Assembly (NCBI RefSeq): GCF_018398935.1
Contig: NZ_CP074694.1
Location: 2,640,001 to 2,672,000 of the forward strand
Source of the DNA: Telmatocola sphagniphila
Lineage (GTDB): Bacteria; Planctomycetota; Planctomycetia; Gemmatales; Gemmataceae
DNA: 32,000 nt
Direction: 5' to 3'
Each line of letters opens with the position of its first letter. Position 1 is the first letter of the stretch. Below are positions 1 to 8,321 of this stretch, one piece after another. The translations under genes were made by a program, and so were the position numbers. The notes below the pieces were generated by a model that was not told the DNA's origin, made no database searches, and saw only the letters and a list, made by a program, of their open reading frames with translations.

Positions 1-619
1 TATGTCCTAATTCGTGCGATGCAACGGAGAAAAAATCGTATTGATTCGACTGAATCGGTACACCGGAGTTATTGAAATACCAGCCCCCACCGCCCGGGTT
101 GGATTCGAATGAAATCGAACCTCCCCATGGCCCATAATCTGTAGCATTAGGCCCCGTTGCATTAGCCTGCCCTCGCGCGGCGATGGTATCGAACCAGGAC
201 TGCGTGCCCGATGCGGAATACCCTCCTGAACCGCCTAACCCAAGTTCGGAGGAATTCAGATTCCTAGCCCCCACAAAAATTACCAGTGTGTTTGCTAGAA
301 CCGAGAGATTCGCTAACTGAGTTGAATCCCCGGTGGCAGGATTGAAGAAGGAAGCGGACCAAGTATTTGTGCCACTCGGTGAAATGGCCGACAGCTGATC
401 GCCCAATTTCGAACCGATGGCATCGGCAGCAGCCTGTAAATCTGCTCGCTTCGCCGCGGTGTTGAAGAAATTGGACGTGTCGTATCGATAGTCGAAAACG
501 ATGTTAATTGCAGGCAATTCTCGAGATTCCAGACTCTCGACATGCAATTTATTTCTCGTTTTATGGGTTCGATTCTCCGAAATGCCCTCCGGACGCCACC
601 AACTTCGAATTCGCTTCAT
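1..619 (-). CDS. Secreted zinc-metalloprotease-like protein, N-terminal part (start codon in window, 3' end runs off the left edge)
   Basis: Absent from the ORF track because there is no stop codon inside the window. The reverse-strand ATG at 619 opens a stop-free frame down to nt 2: MKRIRSWWRPEGISENRTHKTRNKLHVESLESRELPAINIVFDYRYDTSNFFNTAAKRADLQ...GGGGWYFNNSGVPIQSNQYDFFSVASHELGH. The HExxH motif (HELGH) is encoded at nt 16-2. The N-terminus is basic and carries a LE-x-LE-x-R-x-x-P motif instead of a hydrophobic signal peptide. The track ORF 313-543 is a different, shorter frame of the same strand. Confidence 0.65.
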   Translation of the reverse strand, partial: MKRIRSWWRPEGISENRTHKTRNKLHVESLESRELPAINIVFDYRYDTSNFFNTAAKRADLQAAADAIGSKLGDQLSAISPSGTNTWSASFFNPATGDSTQLANLSVLANTLVIFVGARNLNSSELGLGGSGGYSASGTQSWFDTIAARGQANATGPNATDYGPWGGSISFESNPGGGGWYFNNSGVPIQSNQYDFFSVASHELGH

Positions 620-738
620 CAGTTCACCCAATCTCTTATTGCCCAATAGCTTTGCAAGGCCGATAGTTCATAATTAAATACTGAGAGCTCCGATTCTAAG
701 GCATACCAGATATCTGGCACAAGAGTTAGTGGAACAGC

Positions 739-1380
739 ATGAGCATCCGAATCGGTATTTTCGGGGGCACCTTCGATCCCATCCATCTCGCTCACTTATT
801 AATCGCGGAGCAATGCCGGGAACAAGCGAGGTTGGAAAAAATTCTTTTTATCCCCTCTGCAGTTCCCCCTCACAAGACTCTGACGAATATCAGCAGTTTT
901 TCGGACCGGGCCAGGATGGTAGAACTGGCAATCGCTGGAAATTCCCGATTCGAAATCGATCTCCTCGAATCTAACCGAAGCGGCCCCAGTTATACACTCG
1001 ATACTTTGACGGAGCTCCATGCTTCCCATCCCGATTGGGACATTCACTTTATTATTGGTGCAGATGGAATTCTTGATCTGCCGGGTTGGCATAAGCCCCG
1101 CGAAATTCTGATGAAATGTCAGCTTTGCATCGTCAATCGACCCGGATTTCCGGACGTCGATATACCCGCCCTGAGTCGTCAGCTCAATACGGAGATAGAG
1201 GATGTCAAATTTTCTATTGTTAGTGTAGCACAGTTGGACATCGCCAGCCGGGATATCAGGGCTCTTCACAAAAAAGGAGCAAGCATCCGATATATGGTTC
1301 CGGACAGCGTGCGGAATTGGATTGTGGAACGAGGGCTCTACTCAGAAACCAAAGAACTTGGATCAACCGAACAGAAGTAG
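739..1380 (+). CDS. nadD: Nicotinate-nucleotide adenylyltransferase (NaMN adenylyltransferase)
   Basis: 213 aa. The N-terminus MSIRIGIFGGTFDPIHLAHL carries the (H/T)xxH nucleotidyltransferase signature GGTFDPIHxxH. PPHK and the C-terminal SxxxIR region (ASRDIRALHKKGASIRYMVP) are typical of NadD. Confidence 0.95.
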   Translation: MSIRIGIFGGTFDPIHLAHLLIAEQCREQARLEKILFIPSAVPPHKTLTNISSFSDRARMVELAIAGNSRFEIDLLESNRSGPSYTLDTLTELHASHPDWDIHFIIGADGILDLPGWHKPREILMKCQLCIVNRPGFPDVDIPALSRQLNTEIEDVKFSIVSVAQLDIASRDIRALHKKGASIRYMVPDSVRNWIVERGLYSETKELGSTEQK

Positions 1381-1872
1381 GAGATTCCAGGGTAATTCTT
1401 TTTCAAACTGGCAGCCGATCTCGAAGTAATCTCCGATTTCGCGGCAATTGCGTACGACGATGGGGATCCAGGGAACTTCTTCGGAACAATTCTGAGGCCG
1501 CACCTGAGCGGTGCTTCCTATGGGAATCGCCTTCTGAATGGCTATTCGAATGCCTCCCGTCGAACGATCCAGCACATAAGCATCCATCGGCCGACGAGCC
1601 TGAAGAGGATCGACGACGGAGATCGGAGTGGGAACTCCGCCGCGTCGGACCGATTTTCTTTTCTCATCGGTGCGTCGAACGGCACTATTCCAATTCGTCG
1701 GTGGGAGAAAATTGCTATCTGCGTTCGAGCCGCCCCCGGAAAGTAAGTAACGGGACGGACGTCGGCTACGAATGACAAAGAACATGACGACAGCAAGAAA
1801 TGCTCCAGCCGCCAGCCATACGGATGGGTCGGAGAGAGAAAGCTCAGAGAATAACTTCACGAGATCGGACAT
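1363..1872 (-). CDS. Membrane-anchored PilZ-domain protein (putative c-di-GMP receptor)
   Basis: 169 aa with one N-terminal TM helix (VWLAAGAFLAVVMFFVI). PilZ signature pair: RxxxR (EKRKSVRR), then D-x-S-x-x-G (LDRSTGGIRI) about 25 aa later. The 3' end overlaps the nadD 3' end by 18 nt. Confidence 0.65.
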   Translation of the reverse strand: MSDLVKLFSELSLSDPSVWLAAGAFLAVVMFFVIRSRRPSRYLLSGGGSNADSNFLPPTNWNSAVRRTDEKRKSVRRGGVPTPISVVDPLQARRPMDAYVLDRSTGGIRIAIQKAIPIGSTAQVRPQNCSEEVPWIPIVVRNCREIGDYFEIGCQFEKELPWNLLLLFG

Positions 1873-2013
1873 TAATGAATCTCATCTAACACTCGGTCGT
1901 TCAACTTTTGGACGTAAACTGCCTGTTTGCAAGAATTCTATCGATAAGATTTCAATAATAAGCTCGGGGTGTCAACTCCATTTTGACGCAAGCATTGAAT
2001 CTGCATCAACTTA

Positions 2014-3945
2014 TCACACATTGGCCTCGGGTAAAATCTCTTCAAAAGGAATTTCCCACTGCCCCAATCCCACGCTGACCAGAACAACTCCTTTAGCCGG
2101 CAAAACTCTAACAATCTTACCGGCTTTTCCGAATCGCTGGACATACACCTCGTCGTTTATGGCCAGATGGGAACGCCATTCACGCAAGGCCTCAGCCTTG
2201 GCCTGCGCAAGTTCGATTTCCTTCATCTGATGGCTGAGCTGCTTCCGTGTCACCTCCGCTTCATGCTGTGCGGCCAGGGCGTTCAGCTTGGCTTTCTCGG
2301 CGTCTTCCCGCAATTCTTGTAGCTTTAAAAGTTCTCCCCCCTGATGTCGACCCTTGCGTCGTTTCAAATAGCGGTGTGCCCCACGAATCACCTCTCGCGG
2401 CAGCTTTAGCCGCTGGGCGATCTTTAAAGCGTTGCTCATCCCGAATTGACCGATGTGGAGTTTGTACGTTGGCCGCAGGGTTTCGATATCGAATTCGACA
2501 GCTCCGTTCTCCGCGTTCTCGTTGGTGAAAGCATAAGTCTTCAAGTCACCCAGGTGAGTAGTCACCATTGATAGACCACCACTTCCATCAATGTAATCCA
2601 AAATTGCCCGGCCAAGAGCCGCTCCCTCGGTCGGATCGGTACCCGCACCCAATTCATCTAGGAGAATAAGCGTTTTATTGTCGGAATCTTGAAGTATGCG
2701 GGCGATGCGTGTGATGTGCGAAGAGAAAGTGCTCAAGGATTGCTGCAAATTCTGTTCGTCGCCGATGTCGCAGAAGACATTCTCGAAGTAGGGAATCTGA
2801 CTCCCCGGATTTGCCGGTATGTGAAGTGCGGACAGGGCCATCACCGATAACAGACCTGTGGTTTTCAGCGTTACTGTCTTCCCTCCCGTATTGGGACCGG
2901 TGATAACCAGCATCCGAAAGCCAAAACCTAATCGCAATTCGATTGGAACAACTTTTCTTTTCTTTCCGGCCGCGGCCTCTTCATTGGTGGCGGGTAATTG
3001 ATTGCGGAAAAGTTGTTCCAGGATGGGATGTCTGCCCTCGCGCAGCCAAAGTTTGCCTTCTTCGTTGATCTCGGGTGCACTCATGCGGTAATCGTCCGAA
3101 TAGCGGGCTTTGGCTGTGATGAGGTCCAAATGCGCGATGACTTCCAGTATGTAGTTGACCTGTCGCGCATACTTACCCACTTCGCCACTGAGCTTTCTCA
3201 GAATGCGCCGAACCTCGCGATCCTCTTCCGACTTGAGATACGACCTCTCCGAACTGATCGCGGCCAGGCTGGCCGGCTCAATGAACAAAGTCTCGCCGGT
3301 ACTACTGGACCGATGCACAACGCCTGGAATTTTCTGACGATGATTCGCAGCCACGGGTAAGACGTAATGGTCTCCGTTCACAGTGGCATTGGAAAATCGC
3401 AAGATCTTTCGAATCTCCGGATCTCGGAGGAGCCTGTTAATTTCGTTTTTAGCTCGCTCCTCAATTTCATTCAGGCTCTGCCGGATTGCCCCCAATTCCG
3501 GGCTGGCACTGTCGATCAGATGCCCACGGCCATCGATCGAACCGGTGATCGTCCGGGCTACCGTGCCCAGATCATCCACTGAGCTGAGCATGTCGATGAT
3601 CCTGGCAAACTTTCCATCCAGTCGGGAGCGGTACCGGTAGATTGCGCCGGTCGCAGTAAGAGTCTCCGCAATTTGAAGCAGTTGTTCGGCCGTCAACATT
3701 GTGCCGATTTCCGCGCGGCGCAGGATCAGACGGATGTCGTGTACCCCTGCAAAAGGGGGCGATTGACCCGATTGCAGGGCTTCGACCATTTCCGAAACCA
3801 ACTCGAGTTCCGTGCGAATCCGGGCTACATCTTTGAGGGGAGCCACGTCGCTGGCGAGCTGTTTTCCCAGTGTGGTGGCGGCATACTCGCTCAGAATCCT
3901 CCGGATGGTGTCGAATTCGAGTAAATCGAGAGTTTGCTGATCCAT
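2014..3945 (-). CDS. mutS2: MutS2-family ATPase (endonuclease MutS2 / ribosome-rescue paralogue) lacking a C-terminal Smr domain
   Basis: The ORF extends to 4014, but homologue-like sequence begins at MDQQTLDLLEFDTIRRILSEYA (ATG at 3945). Walker A is GPNTGGKTVTLKT, with DELGAGTDPTEGAALG and TTHLGDLK motifs. It has a coiled-coil, then a short KOW-like C-terminus (VYVQRFGKAGKIVRV...), and stops there. Confidence 0.88.
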   Translation of the reverse strand: MDQQTLDLLEFDTIRRILSEYAATTLGKQLASDVAPLKDVARIRTELELVSEMVEALQSGQSPPFAGVHDIRLILRRAEIGTMLTAEQLLQIAETLTATGAIYRYRSRLDGKFARIIDMLSSVDDLGTVARTITGSIDGRGHLIDSASPELGAIRQSLNEIEERAKNEINRLLRDPEIRKILRFSNATVNGDHYVLPVAANHRQKIPGVVHRSSSTGETLFIEPASLAAISSERSYLKSEEDREVRRILRKLSGEVGKYARQVNYILEVIAHLDLITAKARYSDDYRMSAPEINEEGKLWLREGRHPILEQLFRNQLPATNEEAAAGKKRKVVPIELRLGFGFRMLVITGPNTGGKTVTLKTTGLLSVMALSALHIPANPGSQIPYFENVFCDIGDEQNLQQSLSTFSSHITRIARILQDSDNKTLILLDELGAGTDPTEGAALGRAILDYIDGSGGLSMVTTHLGDLKTYAFTNENAENGAVEFDIETLRPTYKLHIGQFGMSNALKIAQRLKLPREVIRGAHRYLKRRKGRHQGGELLKLQELREDAEKAKLNALAAQHEAEVTRKQLSHQMKEIELAQAKAEALREWRSHLAINDEVYVQRFGKAGKIVRVLPAKGVVLVSVGLGQWEIPFEEILPEANV

Positions 3946-4048
3946 TGCTGCTTTCAAATTTCTGATGCGTCGCGGGCAGTGCAATTTTACGCCTGGGAGG
4001 GCGGCGTTCAACAAAGAGATTTTCCGACAAGGTGGGTTCGCGAAAATG

Positions 4049-4085
4049 AAAAAGACACGACCCGGCTCTTAAGTCGGGTCGTGTC
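4049..4085 (-). terminator. Rho-independent terminator downstream of the secretin gene
   Basis: Perfect 11-bp inverted repeat GACACGACCCG (4054-4064) / CGGGTCGTGTC (4075-4085), extendable inward by G-U, C-G and U-A pairs. On the minus strand it is followed directly by a U-run (plus-strand AAAAA at 4049-4053, then CATTTTC in the minus sense). Confidence 0.7.
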
Positions 4086-4112
4086 GAGTGTTTTTAAATT
4101 ACCCAGCCCGGA

Positions 4113-7100
4113 TTAGGGGTTGTTGTTCACGTCTTCGCTGTCGAATCGCGAAGTCCCTGTCTGGCGGAGTTGCTCTTCTTCGTTGATGATAACGCGAGGC
4201 GTCACCATCAGCATCAGACTTTGAGCATCCCGACCGTAAGCGTTGTTGCGGAACAATCGATTCAGGTAAGGGATGTTGCTCAGAATCGGCGGGCCGAATT
4301 CGTTACGACCTTCCGACAGAGTCTTCATACCGCCCAGCAGAACCGTACCACCATCCGGAACCGCAACCGTCGTCTGAATCAACAGCGAGGTGATGGTCGG
4401 CTGTTGAACATACTGGGTGAACGGAATCGGTTGACCCTGGCTACCACCTTCGAACACCGGAGTGATGAAGGTCGTGATCGGGAACAGCGGCACGTTCGTC
4501 GAAGCCAGGTTGGTAACCTGGTGGTTGATGTTCAATCGCACGAACGAACCATCACCCGAAATCGTCGGCTGAATCGTCATCTGTACCCCCAGCGGGTACG
4601 GATTGTTATTCGGCACGAAGGTCAACTGGCCGTTCGCCGTGGTAACCGTAATACCCGTCATGAAGAACTGCTGATCCTGAATCTGGATCGTGGCCGACTG
4701 ACCGTTGAACATGGTCAGTTTCGGTGCCTGCATGACGTTGATACGTCGATCGCCCTGAGCCGCTTCCATGAACATCGACACCTGAATATCGTTCAGGAAC
4801 GCCAGACCCAGCGACAAACCGCCGTTGGCGAAGTTGTTCTGGAAGCCACCGAACGGAGGAATCGATTGAGCGAAGCTCGTCGAGGTAATCGGGATATCCA
4901 GGTTGTTGGAGTAAACACCCGGAGCCTGGAGGCCGATCACGTTACCCTGGCCGTAACCATTCAAGGTATTGATGTACGGCGGGTTCTGGTTGATACCCGA
5001 AGTCAGGTTCGGCTGAATATTAATGTTGTTGGTCTTAATACTCATCGAGAAGTCCACACCCATCCGTTCGAAGAACGATTCGGACAGAGTGATCATCTTC
5101 ACTTCGATCGACACTTCGCGATCCTGGAGACGTCGCAGCGACTTCAGGAGGCTGGTGATTTCCTCGATCACGTCCGGCGTCTGGTTGATAACCAAAGCCA
5201 TGGTGGGAGCGTGGAATTCAATTCGTCCCTGACCGCCCAGGTCTTCCCAGGTGTCGGCGTGAATCGTCTTGGTGATTAGGTTGATCAATTCGCGTTCGGC
5301 GGTATCGCTGGTTCCGTTATAGTTCCAGCTATCCGAAGGCTTATTAACCAGCTTGCCGCCCGTGAGATCCTTGCTCATGGTAGCGGAGATGTTGTCTCCA
5401 CCATTCAAGCCGAACTTCGGAGTCGAAGGACTGTTGCCGTAGATCTGCGGCTTGGACAGTTCGATATTTCGTTCCAAAGCTCTCTGCAGGGAGCTGGTTG
5501 GACCGGGGTTGGCATTCGCGATGCGAACGACCAGGTCGGCCACAGGGAAAGCTCTCTGAACCATCGCCCCGTGACCATGTTTGGCCGTGGTGATCTTCAG
5601 AACATCGTCCTCGATCTTGTAAGCCAGTCGAGCCTTCTTCAGGATGACCTGAAGAGCGGATCGCATCGGGATATCGTTCAGGATTTCCGTTACCGGCATC
5701 TTCGAAGAAAGGTTTTCCTCTTCCAGAGCCGGAGTATCGATCACGATGTTGATGCCCGAATAAGTGCGGAACTGATCGATCACCTGCTCCAGGCTGTTAT
5801 CCTTGAAGTTGATGTTGATCGACTTATTCAGCTTCGATTCGATGTTCTTCTCGGCGGCGCTTCGCAGAGTTGAGGTCTGCTGGCTGCCATCCCGTCCGGC
5901 TCGCAACGCGCGATCCTGCTGTCGCTTGATGCTATCCGGATCGAGGTCGAGCTTGATAGGATCTTTGCCACCAACGTATTTGCCTTGCTTATCGGTATCA
6001 TTCAGAGCTTGAAGATTAAACTCTTCCTTTTCCGCTCGAATCTTGTCGTAATCTTCGCGACGGGACATCATCTTGGACATCTTCATCGCGGCAAATACTG
6101 CTGGATCTTTGGGATCCAGCTCATTCATGCGCATCGCCAGAGCATTGGCTTCCTGAGTCTTGCCCTGATCGTAGAGTTTGTGGAACTCTTTCATCAGCTT
6201 GGCAATTTCTTCATGCTTGTATTGCTCAGCGAGAGCTTCGCGGCTGATTTCAGCCTTCAAGCCGTCTGAAGCCTTCTTCTGTCCGTATTCGACATCCACG
6301 TTATGCTTGACCAAACGCAAACGTTCGAGCCGGACTTCCAGAGGACGAATCAGAACTTTCTGCTGATCGGGATCCACATTGGATTGCTTCACTTTACCGA
6401 TGAAGTCCATGATGTCCTTCATAGCGGCATCGGTTTCACCCTTACCGAAGCGAACGGTCGCTTCCGATTCCACTCGCATCCCTTCGGAGCGAAGTTGCTG
6501 GAAGGCGAGCGCCTGCAGAGCTTCCTGCTTCTGCAAGAGACTTTCCGCGGAGGCCGCGGGCTTGGGAGCGGTCTGATCGTTCGTCCCGCTGGTCTGAACC
6601 ACTTCCGTCTTGGTCATCTTGCTCGGCGCGGCGGCAGAAGCCCGCATCTGAGCGTTGATCGTCAACTCGAACAGCTGGTTCTTCTTGCCGCTATCCAGCA
6701 AGCTGGGATCCACCTGCTTGAAGATCGAGGAAGCCTTTGAATATTCGTGGTTGTTGTAAGCCACGATACCGGATTCGAATGTCCGCAGTGCAGTCAATCG
6801 CTTCTGAGCGGCTTCTTCCGCTTCGATAGTACGCAGCAGGCTTTCCGCATCGGCCTTGGCCGTGTAGGGACCGCTGAGAACATCGATGGTCATCTTGCGG
6901 GCGGTTTCGAGATCGCCCTTCTTCAATTCCAGACGGGCTTTGCTGAGCAGTTCCGTTCCGGAATCTGAGCCAGCAGGAGCCAGCGCGGTTGTGGCTGGGA
7001 CAGCGGTCGTCTCCGGCAGCGGTTGATTTCCGGAAGAGGCCACCACAGCCTTCAAACTGGTTCGTTTTTCCAGAATGATGCTGGTATCGAACGAGAAAGT

Positions 7101-8321
7101 GGTTGCCAGCAGATGAGCTTCGGTCAGGCAGGTATCCGCCTTGGCGTGATCCGCCGCGGTCTTCCTCACCATATGCTCATCGGCATCTGCGCAAAGCTTG
7201 GTCATCTTGGCCTGAGCACCGGAGTTGATCGCGGTCATCAGGCTGGCCGGGCTTTCTTCCCCCGCCTTCCAGGCGACATTCAATTTCATCGCGGCCATGC
7301 ATTCCATGCGGGCTTCGACGAACTTGCCATCCTTCTGGAAGTTCTTCGCCTGGGTCATGTGCTGAATGGCTTCAGAACGAACCATTTCCTCCGGCGACTT
7401 GGGAGTCGCCGTGGTCGGTTGGTATGGCGAAGCCGACTGAGTATTCGACGTTAAGGTCAGATTGGCCTTGAACGGTGCGGCCGTGCTGGGTGTTGCCGAC
7501 TTATGGTCGGCCAGCATCGGAGCTGTCGTCGGTTTGGTCGCCACGACGCCGGCCGCTTTCAGCTTGGCTCGAACGGCTTCGATTTCACTGAGAGTCTTGG
7601 TGGGACGATCGCTGAAGTCCCACATGCTGTAAGGGCCATGCAACTTCTCGGCTTGAACGCACAGCATGGACGCCTTGTCGAGGTTGGCCAACCGATCGCC
7701 ATCGGAAGCGGCCTTTTTCTCGAACAGCATGCGAGCTTCCGCATGCATCCGAAGCGCGTCGGACTGATCCTTCTTGGCCTTGGCTTTGGTGACATCCTTC
7801 ATCAGTGAGGAAGGGGTGTCTTCGAAAAGGCCCCAGCGGCTGGAAGGGAGAATGGCCTCGGCTTCGCGGGCCAGGTCCTGGGCCTGTTCCAGCTTGCCCA
7901 TCGCCAAGGATTCCCGACCCTGCTTGAGCAGAATCTTGGGATCGGTCACTTTCTTGACCGTCGGCTTCATATCCTTAGCCGGTGTCGCCGGCATTTTCTT
8001 GGCAATATTGCTGAGCATTACGTCGGGAAGATCGTCTCCCATGACGTAGTTCTGCACCGGAGAGGCTTTGGCTTTTTCGCACAAAGATTTCGCCGTGGCA
8101 TAGTCGCCTTTGTCGTAGGCGTCTTTCGCCTGCACCATCAACCGGTGAGCCGTTTCCGGCTGGCTGGCGGATTGCAGTTCTTGATCCACGAGCATACTGC
8201 TTCGTGCCATAGCTTCCGGTGAGACCGCCCCGATCCCCGGCAACAGCATAAGGCCGAACGCAAGTCGCTTCCAACCCCGAATTTTCGCCTGGAACACCCC
8301 TGGCCTCCTTTCCCCAACCAT
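4113..8321 (-). CDS. Giant outer-membrane secretin (GspD/PilQ family, type II/III secretion system protein) with a long repetitive N-terminal extension
   Basis: 1402 aa. Signal-like N-terminus (WKRLAFGLMLLPGIGAVSPEAMA). GAAGGGG lies 9 nt upstream of the ATG at 8321. N0/secretin_N-like region: NINFKDNSLEQVIDQFRTYSGINIVIDTP...DDVLKITT. C-terminal secretin domain: REVSIEVKMITLSESFFERMGVDFS ... VMQAPKLTMFNGQSATIQ ... VAVPDGGTVLLGGM ... GPPILSNIPYLNRLFRN ... LMLMVTPRVI. Confidence 0.9.
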   Translation of the reverse strand: MVGERRPGVFQAKIRGWKRLAFGLMLLPGIGAVSPEAMARSSMLVDQELQSASQPETAHRLMVQAKDAYDKGDYATAKSLCEKAKASPVQNYVMGDDLPDVMLSNIAKKMPATPAKDMKPTVKKVTDPKILLKQGRESLAMGKLEQAQDLAREAEAILPSSRWGLFEDTPSSLMKDVTKAKAKKDQSDALRMHAEARMLFEKKAASDGDRLANLDKASMLCVQAEKLHGPYSMWDFSDRPTKTLSEIEAVRAKLKAAGVVATKPTTAPMLADHKSATPSTAAPFKANLTLTSNTQSASPYQPTTATPKSPEEMVRSEAIQHMTQAKNFQKDGKFVEARMECMAAMKLNVAWKAGEESPASLMTAINSGAQAKMTKLCADADEHMVRKTAADHAKADTCLTEAHLLATTFSFDTSIILEKRTSLKAVVASSGNQPLPETTAVPATTALAPAGSDSGTELLSKARLELKKGDLETARKMTIDVLSGPYTAKADAESLLRTIEAEEAAQKRLTALRTFESGIVAYNNHEYSKASSIFKQVDPSLLDSGKKNQLFELTINAQMRASAAAPSKMTKTEVVQTSGTNDQTAPKPAASAESLLQKQEALQALAFQQLRSEGMRVESEATVRFGKGETDAAMKDIMDFIGKVKQSNVDPDQQKVLIRPLEVRLERLRLVKHNVDVEYGQKKASDGLKAEISREALAEQYKHEEIAKLMKEFHKLYDQGKTQEANALAMRMNELDPKDPAVFAAMKMSKMMSRREDYDKIRAEKEEFNLQALNDTDKQGKYVGGKDPIKLDLDPDSIKRQQDRALRAGRDGSQQTSTLRSAAEKNIESKLNKSININFKDNSLEQVIDQFRTYSGINIVIDTPALEEENLSSKMPVTEILNDIPMRSALQVILKKARLAYKIEDDVLKITTAKHGHGAMVQRAFPVADLVVRIANANPGPTSSLQRALERNIELSKPQIYGNSPSTPKFGLNGGDNISATMSKDLTGGKLVNKPSDSWNYNGTSDTAERELINLITKTIHADTWEDLGGQGRIEFHAPTMALVINQTPDVIEEITSLLKSLRRLQDREVSIEVKMITLSESFFERMGVDFSMSIKTNNINIQPNLTSGINQNPPYINTLNGYGQGNVIGLQAPGVYSNNLDIPITSTSFAQSIPPFGGFQNNFANGGLSLGLAFLNDIQVSMFMEAAQGDRRINVMQAPKLTMFNGQSATIQIQDQQFFMTGITVTTANGQLTFVPNNNPYPLGVQMTIQPTISGDGSFVRLNINHQVTNLASTNVPLFPITTFITPVFEGGSQGQPIPFTQYVQQPTITSLLIQTTVAVPDGGTVLLGGMKTLSEGRNEFGPPILSNIPYLNRLFRNNAYGRDAQSLMLMVTPRVIINEEEQLRQTGTSRFDSEDVNNNP

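Noticed and set aside
313-543. 76-aa minus-strand ORF from the track
   Set aside because: It lies out of frame within the longer stop-free minus-strand frame (619 to the window edge), which encodes a coherent HExxH protein.
4170-5279. 369-aa plus-strand ORF inside the secretin gene
   Set aside because: It is antisense to a well-supported secretin domain. Its translation is Arg/His/Val-rich low-complexity sequence (RRHHQHQ, RNRNRRLNQQRGD), typical of the mirror frame of a biased coding region, and it has no recognisable motif.
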